The notes under the pieces: generated by a model
Database searches by the model: none
Told to the model about the DNA's origin: nothing
The model's input: only the letters and a program-made list of their open reading frames with translations
Part shown: piece after piece, positions 38,066 through 52,663 of the stretch
How the letters are laid out: every line of letters starts with the position of its first letter
Numbering within the stretch: the stretch's first letter is position 1
NCBI RefSeq assembly: GCF_020745735.1
Contig: NC_083428.1
Coordinates: forward strand, 29,202,001 to 29,266,000
Direction: 5' to 3'
Length of the DNA: 64,000 nt
Source of the DNA: Hemiscyllium ocellatum
Taxonomy: Eukaryota
Made by a program: the position numbers and the translations under genes

Positions 38066-41000
38066 GGATTCATGGACAAAGCAAGACTCAATAGCCATCC
38101 CCTCCCCATGTTGCAATACTTTACTAGGACTCAAAGTGAACTGATGAAGATTGATCATTCAGGTGAGTAGTTGGTGCCTGATGAATTGTATCTTAGCAAG
38201 AATCTGCACTTTCAGCAGTGAAGCACGGAAAAGAAACAATTGTTATTTAAGCAGATAGTGATATTTTTCAATGGGTTGACCCAAGTTCTGTAATTCAGCA
38301 CAAAATAATAGTGATATTTGTTCATAATTTTATTTGAGAAAATAACCAAGACCACAGTAACAATGATACTTACTAATGGATTTACCTGAGTTATGCAACT
38401 AGTTAGTCAAGTAACACTATGCCGCTGCAGTATCGATAAGTTGCATTGTTTGAATACTAATTGGCACTGCGTCACTGTAGCCACCCTTAGATTGCATTTG
38501 GCCATGTACATCAATCATCTGTGTCAGAAAAAAAAACGGTAAGTAAAGGAAACTTGGTTAATGTAACATTGCACTATCAAAATTATTCACAGTTTTTACT
38601 CTCATTTGTTTTGTGAATACTGCACTTCTTCACTGTAGCTTGCTCAAAATTCAAATACTTTTTAGAAAAATATATAGGTACAGGTCTAACTTTTCACTTC
38701 CTCAGTAAGTCAGTCAATCTGTTGACAACTCATTTACTACTTTCTGCAGTGAAGGTTGTGGAGAGATTGAGATACCAGGCTCAATCCACAACCTATACCA
38801 CATTATTTGAGGTACTATAATTGACCTCAGTAACCTCTGACTGAGCATAACAAAATTAATCATCCACGGTCATCCTCCAGTGACCCTTGCTGAACTATAG
38901 AGACATCAGTTTTAAGTGTAGGAGCTGAATAGATGTACTAATTTTTTGAACTCACATGAAGCCACTTATAGTACTAGAAGTGGACTCCAATAATTAAGTC
39001 ACCATCTTCAGAAAAGGGGAGGAGAGACAAGCACAATAGAATAGAAAGCCTGTTTTATTTATAAATCTGGTGGTTTGCACCATTACAACTAGGTGGAGCC
39101 ATTACAACATTTCAGGATCAGAAAGAAGGCTACTCAAGAGTTCTCCCTGCACCTGTGCAGTGGCTGCACATTTCATGCCTGAAAATCTACAGGCATGGTG
39201 TAAAGAACAGAATTTTTTACTTGCATTGGCAACTTTGATACATGAACTGTAGATGGGAACAAAACTTCAAGGTAGTGGGAGTTCTGAGGTTGTTGCCTTT
39301 CCTTCATAAACTCTCGGCTGGTCTAACTATTGCATGTCATGCCCTCCCTCTGCCCCAACCCTAAAAGCCATGCAGTCAGCTGCTTTGGACCTCACGTTCT
39401 TGAATTAATAAGCCTCTGACACTCTCATCCTCTCTTTTGTACTGTCCTTAAAGCAACCTTTAGGTCACTTTTTGTAATATCTCTGTCTTTTAGCTTGGCA
39501 TTTAATTTTTCTTCACTTCTCTGGAAGCCACTTAGGATGGTCTGTTACATTCAAATGGTGGTGCTTGCTCTGGGCTATTTGTGTTGTAATATGTGCTCAG
39601 TAAAGAGAGCATAAATTGACAGATTCGCTGACAGGGCTGTAAACTAATAAAGGAGGGAGGGAAGGATTCAACCAAATGTAATGTTAACCCAAAGATAAGA
39701 AAAAATTGAGATGAGAGCAAAGGGCAGGATATAAAAAGAGATAAAAATAACAAATACTCAGAATAGAAAAGATTATGTGAAATAATACCAATGTACATGG
39801 CACATATAAAACTGGTCATGACATCATATTACATTTACTACATAGCAACATATCAGTGACTAGGGCAACAAGTCAATAATTAAAAGTGAAGAAGTACTGT
39901 AAATATAAAGATAATGGAAACAAGGCTATAGACAGGACAGGATTAGAAGTTAAAAATTTCAGACTTTAATGCATTTAGAAATGATAAATAACAGAATAAA
40001 GCAGTGAGTTGCTAAATTGATCAAATACAATGGCAGAAGGAAAACACAGCATAACTAAGAAAGAGTCTGAAACAGAATCTATATAAGAGAAATGAAGGAA
40101 TCAGCCACACTATTCAGGATAGAATACAGAGCGCAGAATGGCAGGAATTAACTGGAAAGTAAAATATATAGGTACATATGAAATGAATAGAACAAACTGA
40201 ATCATAGGGGATCTCAACTATTCATAAGTAAAGCAGCAAGAAAAGGAAGATCTGAAGGAAATCAGATTTTTACATTTTGTATAAGCCGCTGATGCACTTA
40301 TAAAAAGAGGACAAGTGAAGAAGCAAGTGTGAAAGAACATGTCGGGAGTAAAAATTAAAACTGAACTCTTTGGATAATGATCGAGAACAAAACAAAGTGC
40401 TAAGATTGAAGAAATAGGACAAGATTATCTTATATTTATGTAGCTTTAACATAATAATACAACCTAAAGGTGGTTCTCAGAAGCATTATAAAGCAAAGTT
40501 GAACACCAAGTCACATAAGGAGATATTAGAGGCAGAGATATAAATACAGGTGGAAAGATATAGAGAGGAACTTCCAGAGTTCAGAGTCCAGGCGAGTGAA
40601 TGTGTAACTACAAATGGTGAAGCGATTAAAGTCGGAATTTCTCAGTAGACCAGAAGCAGATGACTGCAGGTACCTTCGATGGTTTGGAACTGTAGGTGTT
40701 ACAGAGATATGGTGATTGAGATGGTGCAAATGATTTGAAATCAGGGATGAGAATTTTAAAATTAAAAAAATGACAGGGAACCAATGTAGGTCAGAAAGCA
40801 CAGGGGTGACAGTTGAATGGAACTTGAAACAAGTTAAGACAGGCAGAGTTTTGGATGTGTTCACGTTTACGTACGATAGAATGTGGGTGATCAGCCAAAT
40901 GCTAAGAGACTGATTTGATCTCAAGGAGAGTAATAAAGCCACAATTTTAGCCAGAAATGAACTTCCAACTACATATTCATGCCAGCAGTAACCATATATT

Positions 41001-42279
41001 TCCATCTCCAAAAATATTGATTGATTTCACCGCTTTCTCTGCTCATCTGCTATTGAAATCTACATTCATGTCTTTACTTTTAGACTTGGCTATTCCACTG
41101 CAGTTCTGTCTCTCTCTCTATCTGCCTGCACAATCTCCGCCAGCTCAAAGTCCTCTAGAACATTTACAGTTGGGCCTGGGACAGGAACCAGAATCAACGC
41201 ATTTATTCTCCTTCAATATTTAATAAGAGGAAATTTCTGCTTATAATTTTTAAGTGATAGGCAAGAGGACTAAAGGGGATTTCAGGAAAAACTTTTTCAC
41301 CCAGCTGGTGATAAGGGTCTGGAATACATTTGGGAGGATAGTTGAGCCTTGAAACCTCAATCTTTAAAAAAGGACTTGGGTGAGCACTTGAAGTGTCATG
41401 TCATTCAAGTGTGGAAAAGTGGGCCTAGCATAGTTACTAGTATGTTTTTTGGTGGTATAGACTTGATGGGCTGAAGGCCCTTTTCTGTGCTGTACGATTC
41501 TATGTTTCTACCATACCCAATCTGGTAGGTGGGATAAGCAATCAGATAATTTTTCAACAGTGGAGTCATCAAGCGATGTAATGGTGAGGTAGAGCTTACA
41601 TGTGGAAACTAACACTATGGTTTTAAATGATGCTGCCAAGGAGCAGCAAGTATATGAGACATTACAGTGGGCCAAAGATAGATTCTTGGGGGACGCCACA
41701 GATAGCACTGCGGGAGCAAGGAAACAAGCTGGGTACAATTCCAGTTACAACTAGAATCTGGCAAAAGCTGTTGCACTTACTTGAATGACAATAGAGGCAC
41801 TTTGGGGTGAATAGTGAAATCAATGATGACAAAGGTTGCAGACAAGTCAAGATAAGGTTAGGAATGTAAATAGGACAATTAAGATAAGGTTATACGACTA
41901 AGGGCTGTGTAAGAATACTATGTTAGAGACACTTACGGAGCTCATTCGATCCCCAAACATATCTCCGGCCCCCATGTGTGATGTGTGAACAAAATTTGTT
42001 GGCTCTCCGATCATACTCCTGTCTATCCGCCTTCGCCTTTTCTGTCAAAAGAGATGTCAAGATCAGGAATGATGTCCTGCACTACTTTAATAAACAGATA
42101 TGTCACTGGTAAAATGGTGATATTGCATAGATTATCACGAATATTCAGCAGGTTAGTTAAAGCAATCAAGTACTAAGAATGTTCTCATGGCGAAAGATCT
42201 ACCCTATCTAAATATGATTACTATATGAACAGTCTAGTCTGCGTAGAAAATACTTTATATAGAATGAGCTACTGGCTTT

Positions 42280-45200
42280 GGAAATAATGGAAGTGTCAAT
42301 AATCATTTTCCAAACTTCTGTACATTCTGGAATGGTTCCTGCAGTATAGAAGATAACAATGCAATCCCACTATTTAAGACTGAAGGAAGAGAGAGGGAGA
42401 GAGAGAATGGATAACTGCACACCTGTTTGCCTTACATTAGTAGTAGCGAAAATGTAGAATCTATTATAAAGAATGTGACAACTGGACACTTGAAACCTAA
42501 TGGTCTAACTAAGCAGTATCAACATGAATATAAGAAAGGAAAATCAGGCGAAAAAAAACTTTGTTTTTTTGAAGACATATCTGACAGAATAGAGAAGGGC
42601 GAACCAGTGGATGAAATGTATTTGGATTTTCATAAAATTTTCAATAGGGTTCACAAAAGTTAGTAAGCAAAATCATACCACATGGAATTAGTAGTAATAT
42701 TTTGGCATAGACTGAGAACAGACATTAGAAATAAACAGCTCCTAATTACAAATCAGCAGGATATGAATGGTATGGTACAACAGTGGTCAGTGCTCGAGTA
42801 CAGCTATTCACAATCTATATCAATGATTTAGATATGGGGACAAAGTTTGCTGATCACACAAAACTAGGAGGGAATAAGAGTTATAAGGAGGATCCAAACA
42901 GGCTTCTAGAGAATTTTGACGGGCTAGGTGAATGGGCACAAACATTGTAAACAAAATATAATGTCAAAAATGTGAAGTTATCCACTTTGGCAAGACAAAC
43001 AGAATACAGAGTATTTCTCATATATGAGAGATTAGGAAGTGAAAGGACCTAGGTGTTCTTGTTCATAAATACATGAAAGCTAACATACAAATCTAAGTAG
43101 TACACTAGTCTTTATTGCAAGATTATTTGAGTACAGGAGTAAAGAAGTCATGCTCCAATTATATAGAGCCTTGGTGAGGCTTAACCTGAAATACTATATA
43201 CAACATTGGTCATCTCACCCAAGAATACACCATACAGAAATGCAACAAACGCTCAATAGGATTATCTTTGAGAATGACAATATTGGCTTTTAACAACTGA
43301 GGAGATTGAACTCATATTCTCCAGAGTTAAAAGTATGGAATGTGATCTCGTTGAAGCATACAAGATTCTTAAAGGACACAACTGGGAATTTTCAAGACAA
43401 GTGCTTCCCCTGGTTGGAGGGGTCTAAAGGAGAAAGTGAGGACTGCAGATGCTGGCGATCAGAGTTGAAAAGTGTGGCGCTGGAAAAGCACAGCACACAA
43501 CATTCTGAACGAAGGGTTATGCCCGAAACGTCGAATCTCCTGTTCCTTGGATGCTGCCTTACCTGCTGTACTTTTTCAGCGCCACGCTTTTCAACTGGAG
43601 GGGTCTAAAACCAGGAGATACAGTCTCAAAATAAGAAATAGGTCATTCATGATTGAAACGAGAGGAATTTCTTCACTTATAGAGTGGCAAATCTTTGGAA
43701 TTCTCAATGTTAGATGGCTGTGGAATCTCAGTCATTTGAGTATATTTTTAGACATTAAAGATATTTGTATCATCGATAGTTACAGGTGAGATGCCAGAAG
43801 ACTAGAGGTTGGCAAACGTGGTGCCACTGTTTAAGAAGGGTGGTAAAGAAAAGCCAGGGAACTATAGACCAGTGAGCCTGATCTCGGTGGTGGGCAAGTT
43901 GTTGGAGGGAATCCGGAGGGACAGGATATACATGTATTTGGAAAGGCAAGGACTGATTCGGGATACACAACATGGCTTTGTGCGTGGGAAATCATATCTC
44001 ACAAACTTGATTGTATTTTTGATGAAGTAACAAAGAGGACTGATGAGGGCAGAGCAGTAGATGTGATCTATTGGACTTCAGTAAGGCGTTCGACAACGTT
44101 CTCCATGGGAGACTGATTAGCAAGGTTAGATCTCATGGATCACAGGGAAAACTAGCCATTTGGATACAGAACTGGCTCAAAGGTAGAAGACAGAGGGTGG
44201 TGGTGGAGGGTTGTTTTTCAGACGGGAGGCCTGTGACCAGTGGGGTGCCACAAAGATCAGTGCAGGGCCCTCTACTGTTTGTCATTTACATAAATGATTT
44301 GGATGCAAGCATAAGAGGTACAGTTAGTAAGTTTGCAGATGACACCAAAATTGGAGGTGTAGTGGACAGCGAAGAGGGTTACCTCAAATTACAACAGGAT
44401 CTTGACCAGATGGGCCAATGGGCTGAGAAGTGGCAGATGGAGTTTAATTCAGATAAATGCGAGGTGCTGCATTTTGGGAAAGCAAATCTTAGCAGGACTT
44501 ATACACTTAATGGTAAGGACCTAGGGAGTGTTGCTGAACAAAGAGACCTTGGAGTGCAGGTTCATAGCTCCTTGAAAGTGGGGTTGCAGGTAGATAGGAT
44601 AGTGAAGAAGGCATTTGGTATGCTTTCCTTTATTGGTCAGAGTATTGGGTACAGGAATTGGGAGGTCATTTTGCGGCTGTACAGGGCATTGGTTAGGCCA
44701 CTGTTGGAATATTGTGTGCAATTCTGGTCTCCTTCCTATCGGAAAGATGTTGTGAAACTTGAAAGGGTTCAGAAAAGATTTACAAGGATGTTGCCAAAGT
44801 TGGAGGATCTGAGCTATAGGGAGAGGCTGAACAGGCTGGGGCTGTTTTCCCTGGAGCGTCGGAGGCTGAGGGGTGACTTTATAGAGGTTTACAAAATTAT
44901 GAGGGGCATGGATAGGATAAATAGACAAAGTCTTTTCCCTGGGGCTGGGGAGTCCAGAACTAGTGGGCATAGGTTTAGGGTGAGAGGGGAAAAATACAAA
45001 AGGGGCAACTTTTTTCACGCAGAGGGTGATATGTGTATGGAATGAGCTGCCAGAGGATGTGGTGGAGGCTGGTACAATTGCAACATTTAAGAGGCATTTG
45101 GATGGGTATATGAATAGGAAGGGTTTGGAGGGATATGGGCCGGGTGCTGGCAAGTGGGACTAGATTGGGTTGGGATATCTGGTTGGCATGGACGGGTTGG

Positions 45201-45350
45201 ACTGAAGGGTCTGTTTCCATGCTGTACATCTCTATGACTCTATATCCCAGGATATAGGAATTACAAAATGGCATCAAGATGTAAGATTAACTATAAACTA
45301 GTTGGAATGTGAAGCAGACTTATGGGCTAAATGATCGACTTCTATTCATA
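42280..45350 (+). mobile_element. Old CR1 containing a young CR1 (43768-45243) with a 324-aa uninterrupted RT ORF
   Basis: ORF 44071..45045 with DFSKAFD, GVPQ.SV.GP, SKFADDTK; ctctatgactctat tail. Confidence 0.92.
43429..43595. mobile_element. Fold-back family-A insertion (tailed minus arm plus tail-less plus arm)
   Basis: 14-bp TSD tggaggggtctaaa (43415-43428, 43596-43609); hammerhead-like segment at 43502-43536. Confidence 0.85.
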
Positions 45351-48300
45351 TTTCCTCCATTCCAAAACAAGCTTGTAGACATTATTTGCATTTTAAATAC
45401 TTAGTGTCTTAATATCCCTAAAAATGACATAACTGCAAATATCAAAGAACATCCCATATTACAAAGTCAAGAGCATATATTTCATTTTAATTTCTGCCTC
45501 TTCTCTTTTCTAAATATAGAACATCATACTGAAGTCCTTCAGTATGGCTCTATACTATAATCATTTCAGTAAACAGTTAATAATATAGAATTAATTTATT
45601 TAATAATACACTTACTGGCTGTGGTTGTTCTGCAATACAGCAGTTAAAACATAACCAGAATTCACTCATTGTTACAAACTATTTTGGTGAGTTTGATAAA
45701 TCCAAGATCTCTTTGGTTATGTTAATACGTCCTAAAGAAATCTGGGCAGGTGATGTGAATGTTGCGGAACACTCAGGTACTTGCGCTGTCAATTTCACGT
45801 TCAGTAATCTCTTGGTTATCAGTATTCCAACAGCAATAGTTTCTCCTATTGATATTTTTGGTGTGTATTGGCAGTGTTGCTGTAATCAAGCTGCAGAAAC
45901 AAATTAAATATTTGCATTAGTAATGTATTACCTAGTTTTCGTTTTGCATTTTGCTCTCATATAATCAAGCAACCAACACCACACAATTTCTACATTAACT
46001 TTAAAACACAAACAGTAATACAAATCAAGTAATGCAGCAAAGTTCTAACTTCAATCTTAATTATGTTGAGCTAGCTAACGTGAGACACCAAAGCACATGA
46101 CGAGCTATAACTGGTCTTGCTGTCTGTGAAATTGGAAGGATGAAAATATAGTTTGACTCCTGTTTAGTTAAGAATGATCTTACTACTGGTAGAACCCAGG
46201 TGTGTGACATTAGCTCAGTTCTGAAGTTCCCAATCTGTAAGAATCAGTGGTTGGGAAGTTAACTTAAAAAGAGTATGAGCAATGCCCAGGGAATCCAATA
46301 ATCAGGGCAAGTAATTTTTTAAAAAAACTTGTATCCCTTGGAGAACACACAGGGAACCAAACTTCAGTGAACATTGGCGCAGAGGGAATTAGTGAGAGTC
46401 TGTAATGTGGAACGTGTATCTTAATCAAAGTAAACATCCACTGGAACCCATACTCCAGTGACAGCCAACACAGAGAACCTGAACCCCACTGAGAATCAGC
46501 ACAGAGGGACACAGCTCTTGGGAAAGTTGCATCAAGGGTCACAACTTCCACTGAGAATCACTATCCAGGAAATAAAAACTTCCGTTACAGTCAGCACATA
46601 TGGAAATAAATGAGTGAAAACACAGGGAACAAATCCCCAGTTTTAAAGAAGCAAATCCCTGAGAGAGTTACTCCTTTAGGTGAGAAAAAGTAGCCGTAAA
46701 AGAAAATCTAAATATTAAAGTTAACAGTGAATAATTCGTAAATAATGATCTTACTTGTGAATTCCATCAAATTTATCTGAACAGCATCACTGTCAGAAAA
46801 ATGATGTTAGCTTCCACCCATACATCTCACTTGCAGACACTTTACACAATACCTTAATCTAACTAAGCAACGCAGCTTACGGATCCAAATGAATGTTGTC
46901 CCTCTGACTGTCCGACAGGACTCCGGAGAACCCCTAGGCAGTTGGATTTTTATCTGATTGCAGAATCCATGGGAAGCTGTATTTTCCACTGGGAAATATT
47001 TTGGTAACATTCCGCATTACTCAGACATTCACAGAATGTGTCAGTGTCTCTACAAAGTACTCTTTATCCAGTTAGTCAGACATTTGTGGTAAATATTGGA
47101 ATATTGAAAACCATATTTTCTGTAAAAGAACCATATGGTCCACAATATTAAACAATGCTGAACCCAAGAACACATTAATTGCAGGTTATTCAATTCTTTC
47201 ATAATTTATTTGTAACACTACGAAAAGTTAGGTTTTTTTTGCTGAATCACACCCCTCAAGTCAGCTGCTCCAACAAATTAGAGTAAGGTCTTAATAAAAT
47301 TTAAGATTACATCATTCTGAAGCTATCAGCAAACATGTCTATTCTATGTGATCATAACCAGATTATTGAGTCATTTCACACTGACAAGACTGTACTCTGG
47401 AACACCAGATAAAAATTAAAGTTGGGAGTTTTCAGTTTTTAAAAACTATTGGTTTTGTCATAAACATGAACATTGAAACACAGAAAATAGGAACAGGAGT
47501 AAGCCATTCAGCCCATTGAGCCTGCTCCGCCATTCAAAACGATCATGGCTGCTCATCCTACTCAGTTCCCCCAGCTCCCACTTTCACCCGATAGCCTTTG
47601 GTCCCCTTAGGCTTAAGAACTATATCTAACTCCTTCTTGAAAACATGCTGCAACAACATATGCAATTTTTAAAAATACTTTTTCACCAATTTTCTCAAAC
47701 TAAGACAATGAATCCTATTTGTTGACTGTCCTGTATGCTTCTTTACTAGGATAATATTTTCTGGGGACATTTTTTACCAGGATACAGAACCTTTTTATTG
47801 TGATACTGTCCCTAAAGAACAGTCAGTGATAGTGATCAGGCAAGGAAACCTTGCTTCTTTTCTCTGTTCATAACTGATGAATTATATGTTCAGGGTAACA
47901 CCCTTATTGCCATTATGCTAGAGATTGATGAACCCAACAGACTGTGAAAGGAATCTCGCAGTTTTCCACGTCATTAGATAAACTCACTGAGTCATTGGGA
48001 ACTTTCTGGAAATTTCTAGTGTTGCACATACGTATGTGGGAACATCTGTTCATTTATAAATGGCTGACAGAGTAGAAGGCACAGGGGTTGCAGTATTTGT
48101 ACTGTAAGCCAAACTGAAACCGATACTCTGTTTATAATGTGACCTCGTCGATGACAGTGTGTGCTTTTTCCAACCTGTATGTTATTCTATTACTGAAATT
48201 TTCCTCTAGAAATGTGATCCGAGGAATTGAAATAAAAGTTGACTCAGTCAACACCAGAATTAAAAGTGGGTCATTTTGAATGAAACTCTTATTGCAATTC

Positions 48301-49989
48301 AATTTTCTACTTATGTAAATTTCTGCTACCATGGAGATGAGTATTGTACACTAAATGAACTGGATTTTTGAGATAAGTTTTTTTTTAAAAACGTACAGGA
48401 AATCTAAAACTAAAACTAAAACAGAAAACACTAGAAACAGAAGATAGTTCTATCAGCAACTTGTCTCCTTGCTTTTTACATATGTACAGGCTTGTACTTT
48501 CCTTCTGATATTTGTTATGTTCCAAATTCAGGCCATTTTATTTCATTAATTTGAGTAAGGCTTTACTGATTCCAACATAGGTAAAATATCCTCAAAACCT
48601 TCTAATCGAGACACAGGTAGGATATCCACAGTGATGCAAAGTCACTCAGCACATAACCTGATTCAATTTTAACCACAGATTTGGTGCCACACAGAAGCAA
48701 TCTCAAACTCAGTATAATTAGGTTTGGCATGATGGACCATAATACCATTCCAATTTGAGAAATTTGATTATTTCCATTATATGGCACTGCACTGATCAGA
48801 CACAGCAATAATGGTAATTAATTAATCCAAGTTCTCTGCAAGTTACCAATCTATTTATATAAGTTCCACGTGTTGTTAGGCACTTCAATGGCTCAGTCAA
48901 TCTGGACAATGAGGAATTAAACCTTAAAGGTCAGAAATGGCATAGGGTACATTACTGGCCTGTGCCAAGTCAGTTTACCTCATGTGAAGAAATTACAGAG
49001 TCTTTACAATTTGGGCAGACTTGGAAAGAAAGGGGACGGATAAGTAACCATGGTTCAAGCACACTCAGAATCATAGGATTATGACAGGCTGAATCACCAT
49101 CATCTGTACTATCAAGTGATGCGAACATCGTTCTTTTGCATTTAACAGTCTAAGTCCTTTTCAAAGTCTTGACTGAACCTGCCTTTACCACATTCCCAGG
49201 CAGTACATTTCAGAAGCAAAAACAGATAGAGAGACTCAGCAGGTCTGACAGCATTTGTGGCGAGAAAACAATGTTAACATTTGGAGTCCAGTGACCCCTC
49301 TTCAGAACTGATTGTGGCTAGGAAAAATGTTGGTAATAATGCTGAAGATGAGGTGGGGGAGGGGATGAGTAAATGATAGCCAGAAATGGAGTTCGGAGAC
49401 AGTTGGGCAGAGAAAGGAATGGGTTATAGTCAACCTAGGAGAATCCATAGCTGCCACTGGGGACCATAAGTAGCTGACAACAGTTGGTTGTGGCAGCAGC
49501 GCTTTGATGGTAATGCCAATGATAATGTGTTCAGGGTTGGGGGAACGACATTGAACAAGGTGCTCAGGCACTAAAATTATTGAATTCAATATAGAGTTGT
49601 GAAGGCTGCAGGATCCCCAAGCAGCAAATGAGATTCTGTTCTTCCAGCTTACATTGAGCTTTGCTAAGGCCCTGCAGCAAGCCTGAGACAGATGTTGATC
49701 AGGGCACACGGTGTATTGAAGAGGCAGGCAACAGGAAGCTCAGGGTCATTTTTGTGGACAGAACACACATGCTCTGCAAAGTGGTCATTCAGACTGTGTT
49801 TTGTGTCCCCAATGTACAGACCACACTGAGTGGTGAATACAATAGACTAGATTGAATGATGTGTAGGTGAATTACTGCTTCATCTGGAAGATGTGGATAC
49901 TAAGTAGGGAGGAAGTAAACAGGCAGGTGTTACACCTTCTGCAATTTCATCAGAAGGTGTCGTGCGGGTGTGAGGAGTCACTGGGAGAG

Positions 49990-50578
49990 GAGTACAGGAG
50001 TTGGGAGGTCATTTTGCGGCTGTACAGGACATTGGTTAGGCCACTGTTGGAATATTGCATGCAATTCTGGTCTCCTTCCTATCGGAAAGATGTTGTGAAA
50101 CTTGAAAGGGTCCAGAAAGGATTTACAATGATGTGGCCAGGGTTGGAGGATTTGAGCTATAGGGAGAGGTTCAACAGGCTGAGGCTGTTTTCCCTGGAGC
50201 GTCAGAGGCTGAGGGGTGACCTTATAGACGTTTATAAAATTATGAGGGACATGGATAGGGTAAATAGGCAAAGTCTTTTCCCTGGGGTCGGGGAGTCTAG
50301 AACTAGAGGGCATAGGTTTAGGGCAAAAGGGGAAAGACATAAAAGAGACCTACACAGAGGGTGGTACGTGTATGGAATGAGCTGCCAGAGGATGCGGTGG
50401 AGGCTAGTACAATTGCAACATTTAAGAGGCAGCTGGATGGGCATATGAATAGGATGGGTTTGGAGGGATATGGGCCGGGTGCTGGCAGGTGGGAACTAGA
50501 TTGGGTTGGGATACCTGGTCGGCATGGACGGGTTGAACCGAAGGGTCTGTTTCCATGCTGTACATCTCTCTGACTCTG
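49990..50578 (+). mobile_element. Young CR1 3' fragment inserted in the Penelope element
   Basis: Highly similar to 44650-45243. Confidence 0.9.
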
Positions 50579-51820
50579 TGACAAAGGTATCCTGGAGGGA
50601 ACAATCCCTATGGAAGGCTGCCAAGGGAGGGGAGGGAACATGTGTCTGGTGATGGCATCCTGTTGGAGATGATGAAAATGGGGGCTAATGATCCTTTGTA
50701 TGTGGATGCTGGTGAGGTGGTAACTGAGGACTAGGGGACCCTATGGTTACAGAGGGAGTCAAGAGAAGGGGTGAGGACAGAAGTGCAACAGGTGAATCAG
50801 AAACAGCCGATGGCTCTATCAAACACAGTGGTGAAGAATCCTCTGTTGAGGAAGAAGGTGGACATTTCAGAAGCTCCCTTGCAGAAGCTGGCATTGTCAG
50901 AACAGATGCGATAGGGACAAAGGAACCAAGAAAATGGAATGGAGTCTTTAGAGGAAGTAGGGTGTGAGAATTTATAGTCCAGGTAACTGTGGGAGTCAGT
51001 GGGTTATACTGGATATTGGCGGTCAGCTTTTCCCCAGGAATGGAAACAGTGATGTTGAGGAAGGGAGGAAGGAGTTAGAAATGGACCAGGTTGGAAATTT
51101 GAAGAGAAATTGAGAGATTTTTCCAATTCTGGACAACAGCACCGATGATGTCATTGAGAGAAAGCGTTGCAGAGAGTTAAAGGAGAAATTGTTCAAAGTT
51201 TGTGTGAGCTTGGTCAGGCGGTGGAGGATCGGGAAGTTCAGGTCTTTTTTCCCCACAAAGAAGCAGTGAGCCCAGAGACCATCCCGATAGGGGATGGATA
51301 TATAAAGGGATTGCATGTTCATGCTGAAAAGGAGGTGCTCAGAGCACACAAACTGGAAATTCTGAAACTGGTGTTAACCATTAAAAGAATCCCAGATATA
51401 AGAGGGAAGGGGAGAAAAAAACTGAGCCAAAGTTGAAGATATGAGTTCTGTGGGGCACAAGCAGGCAGAAACAATGGGTCTGCCCAGGCAATCCTGTTTG
51501 TGGTCTTTGGGAAGGATGTAGGGCTATGTGGGTTTAGAGGAACTATGAGCTTGGAGGTAGCGGGAAGGAGACCACCAGATTCAATGAGATTAGTGACCAT
51601 TGTGGACACAATAGCCAGGTCTTCAATGGTCACATTATGGTCCGGGGAGATAGGAGGAGGTATTCGAGAGCTACTCCTCAGCACCTCATTTTCTGCTTGA
51701 GAATCCTGCAACCTTCAGAGTTCAAAATCAAGTTCAATAATTTTAGGGCCTGAGCACCTTCTTTGATATCCTCCCAACCTGCACACACTAGGCCTTGTCA
51801 TCACATTGGCTATTAAACAA

Positions 51821-51943
51821 GCATTCCTGAAGAAGGGCTGATGCCCGAAATGCCAATTCTCCTGCTCCTCGGATGCTGCCTGGCCTGCTGTGTTTTTCCA
51901 GCACCACATTTTTCAACTCTGATCTCCAGTCCTCACTTTCTCC
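51821..51943 (+). mobile_element. Family-A mini-element (long form) inserted in the Penelope pLTR
   Basis: 11-bp TSD ctattaaacaa/ctgttaaacaa; ATTC-CTGAAGA-AGGGC-TGAT-GCCC-GAAA. Confidence 0.85.
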
Positions 51944-52663
51944 CTGTTAAACAACCAACCCACTGTCAGCTACTCATGGTCCCTATTAGCAGCTATCTAT
52001 TCTCCCCAAGCTGACCACGACCCATTCCTTTCTCTGCCCATCTGTTGTTTTCGCTCTCTGAGCCCCATTTCCAACTAATCGATAACTCCTCTCCCCTCCC
52101 CCACCTCATCTTCAGCATATATATCAACACCTTCCGTGCTACAATCAGTTCTGAAGAACGGTGAATGGACGTGAAAGGTTAAAATCTGCTTTCTCTCTAC
52201 AGATGCTGCCTTACCTGCTGAGCTCCTCTAACAATTTCTGCATTTGTTTCAGATTTACAGTATCCACAGTTCTTTGGTTTTCTTCATTTGATTTTGTTTG
52301 ATTTGATTTATTATCATTGTCACAAGCACCGAGATAGTGAAATGTATTATCTTGCATGCTAACCAGACAAATTATACTTTACATAAATACAACAGGTCAA
52401 CAGAACAGAATGCAGAATATAGTGTTACAATGACAGAAAGGTGCAGAGAAAGATCAATTCTAATAGGAGGGATCTGTTCCGAAGTCTGATAAAGCGGGGA
52501 AGAAGCTGTTCTTAAATCTGTTGTTATATATTTTCAAATGTATCTTCTGCCAGATGGAAGATAGTATAAGAGCTTATAACCAGTCTGGGAGGAGTCTTTG
52601 ATAATGTTGATTGCTTTCCCGAGGTAGCAGGAAGTGTAAACGGAACTTGTACTTGTTTAGTTT

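Larger units (their letters stand above)
49215..52290 (-). mobile_element. Degenerate Penelope-like retroelement (RT plus GIY-YIG) with inverted pLTRs (family D)
   Basis: LFSMNMQSLYISIPYRDGL..LNNFSFNS (PLE RT, ORF 51023..51349); minus 49780-49850 reads LVYCI../QCGLYIGDTKHSLNDHFAEH (GIY-YIG); ends 49218-49640 and 51700-52280 are inverted. Confidence 0.85.

Noticed and set aside
44071-45045. 324-aa reverse-transcriptase ORF as a host gene or retron-like system
   Set aside because: 5'-truncated CR1 ORF2 with a normal CR1 tail, an upstream frameshift, and several similar copies in the window
29720-48791. Selenoprotein or stop read-through explanation for the relic gene
   Set aside because: Interruptions include TAG, TAA and frameshifts, not only TGA; no SECIS seen
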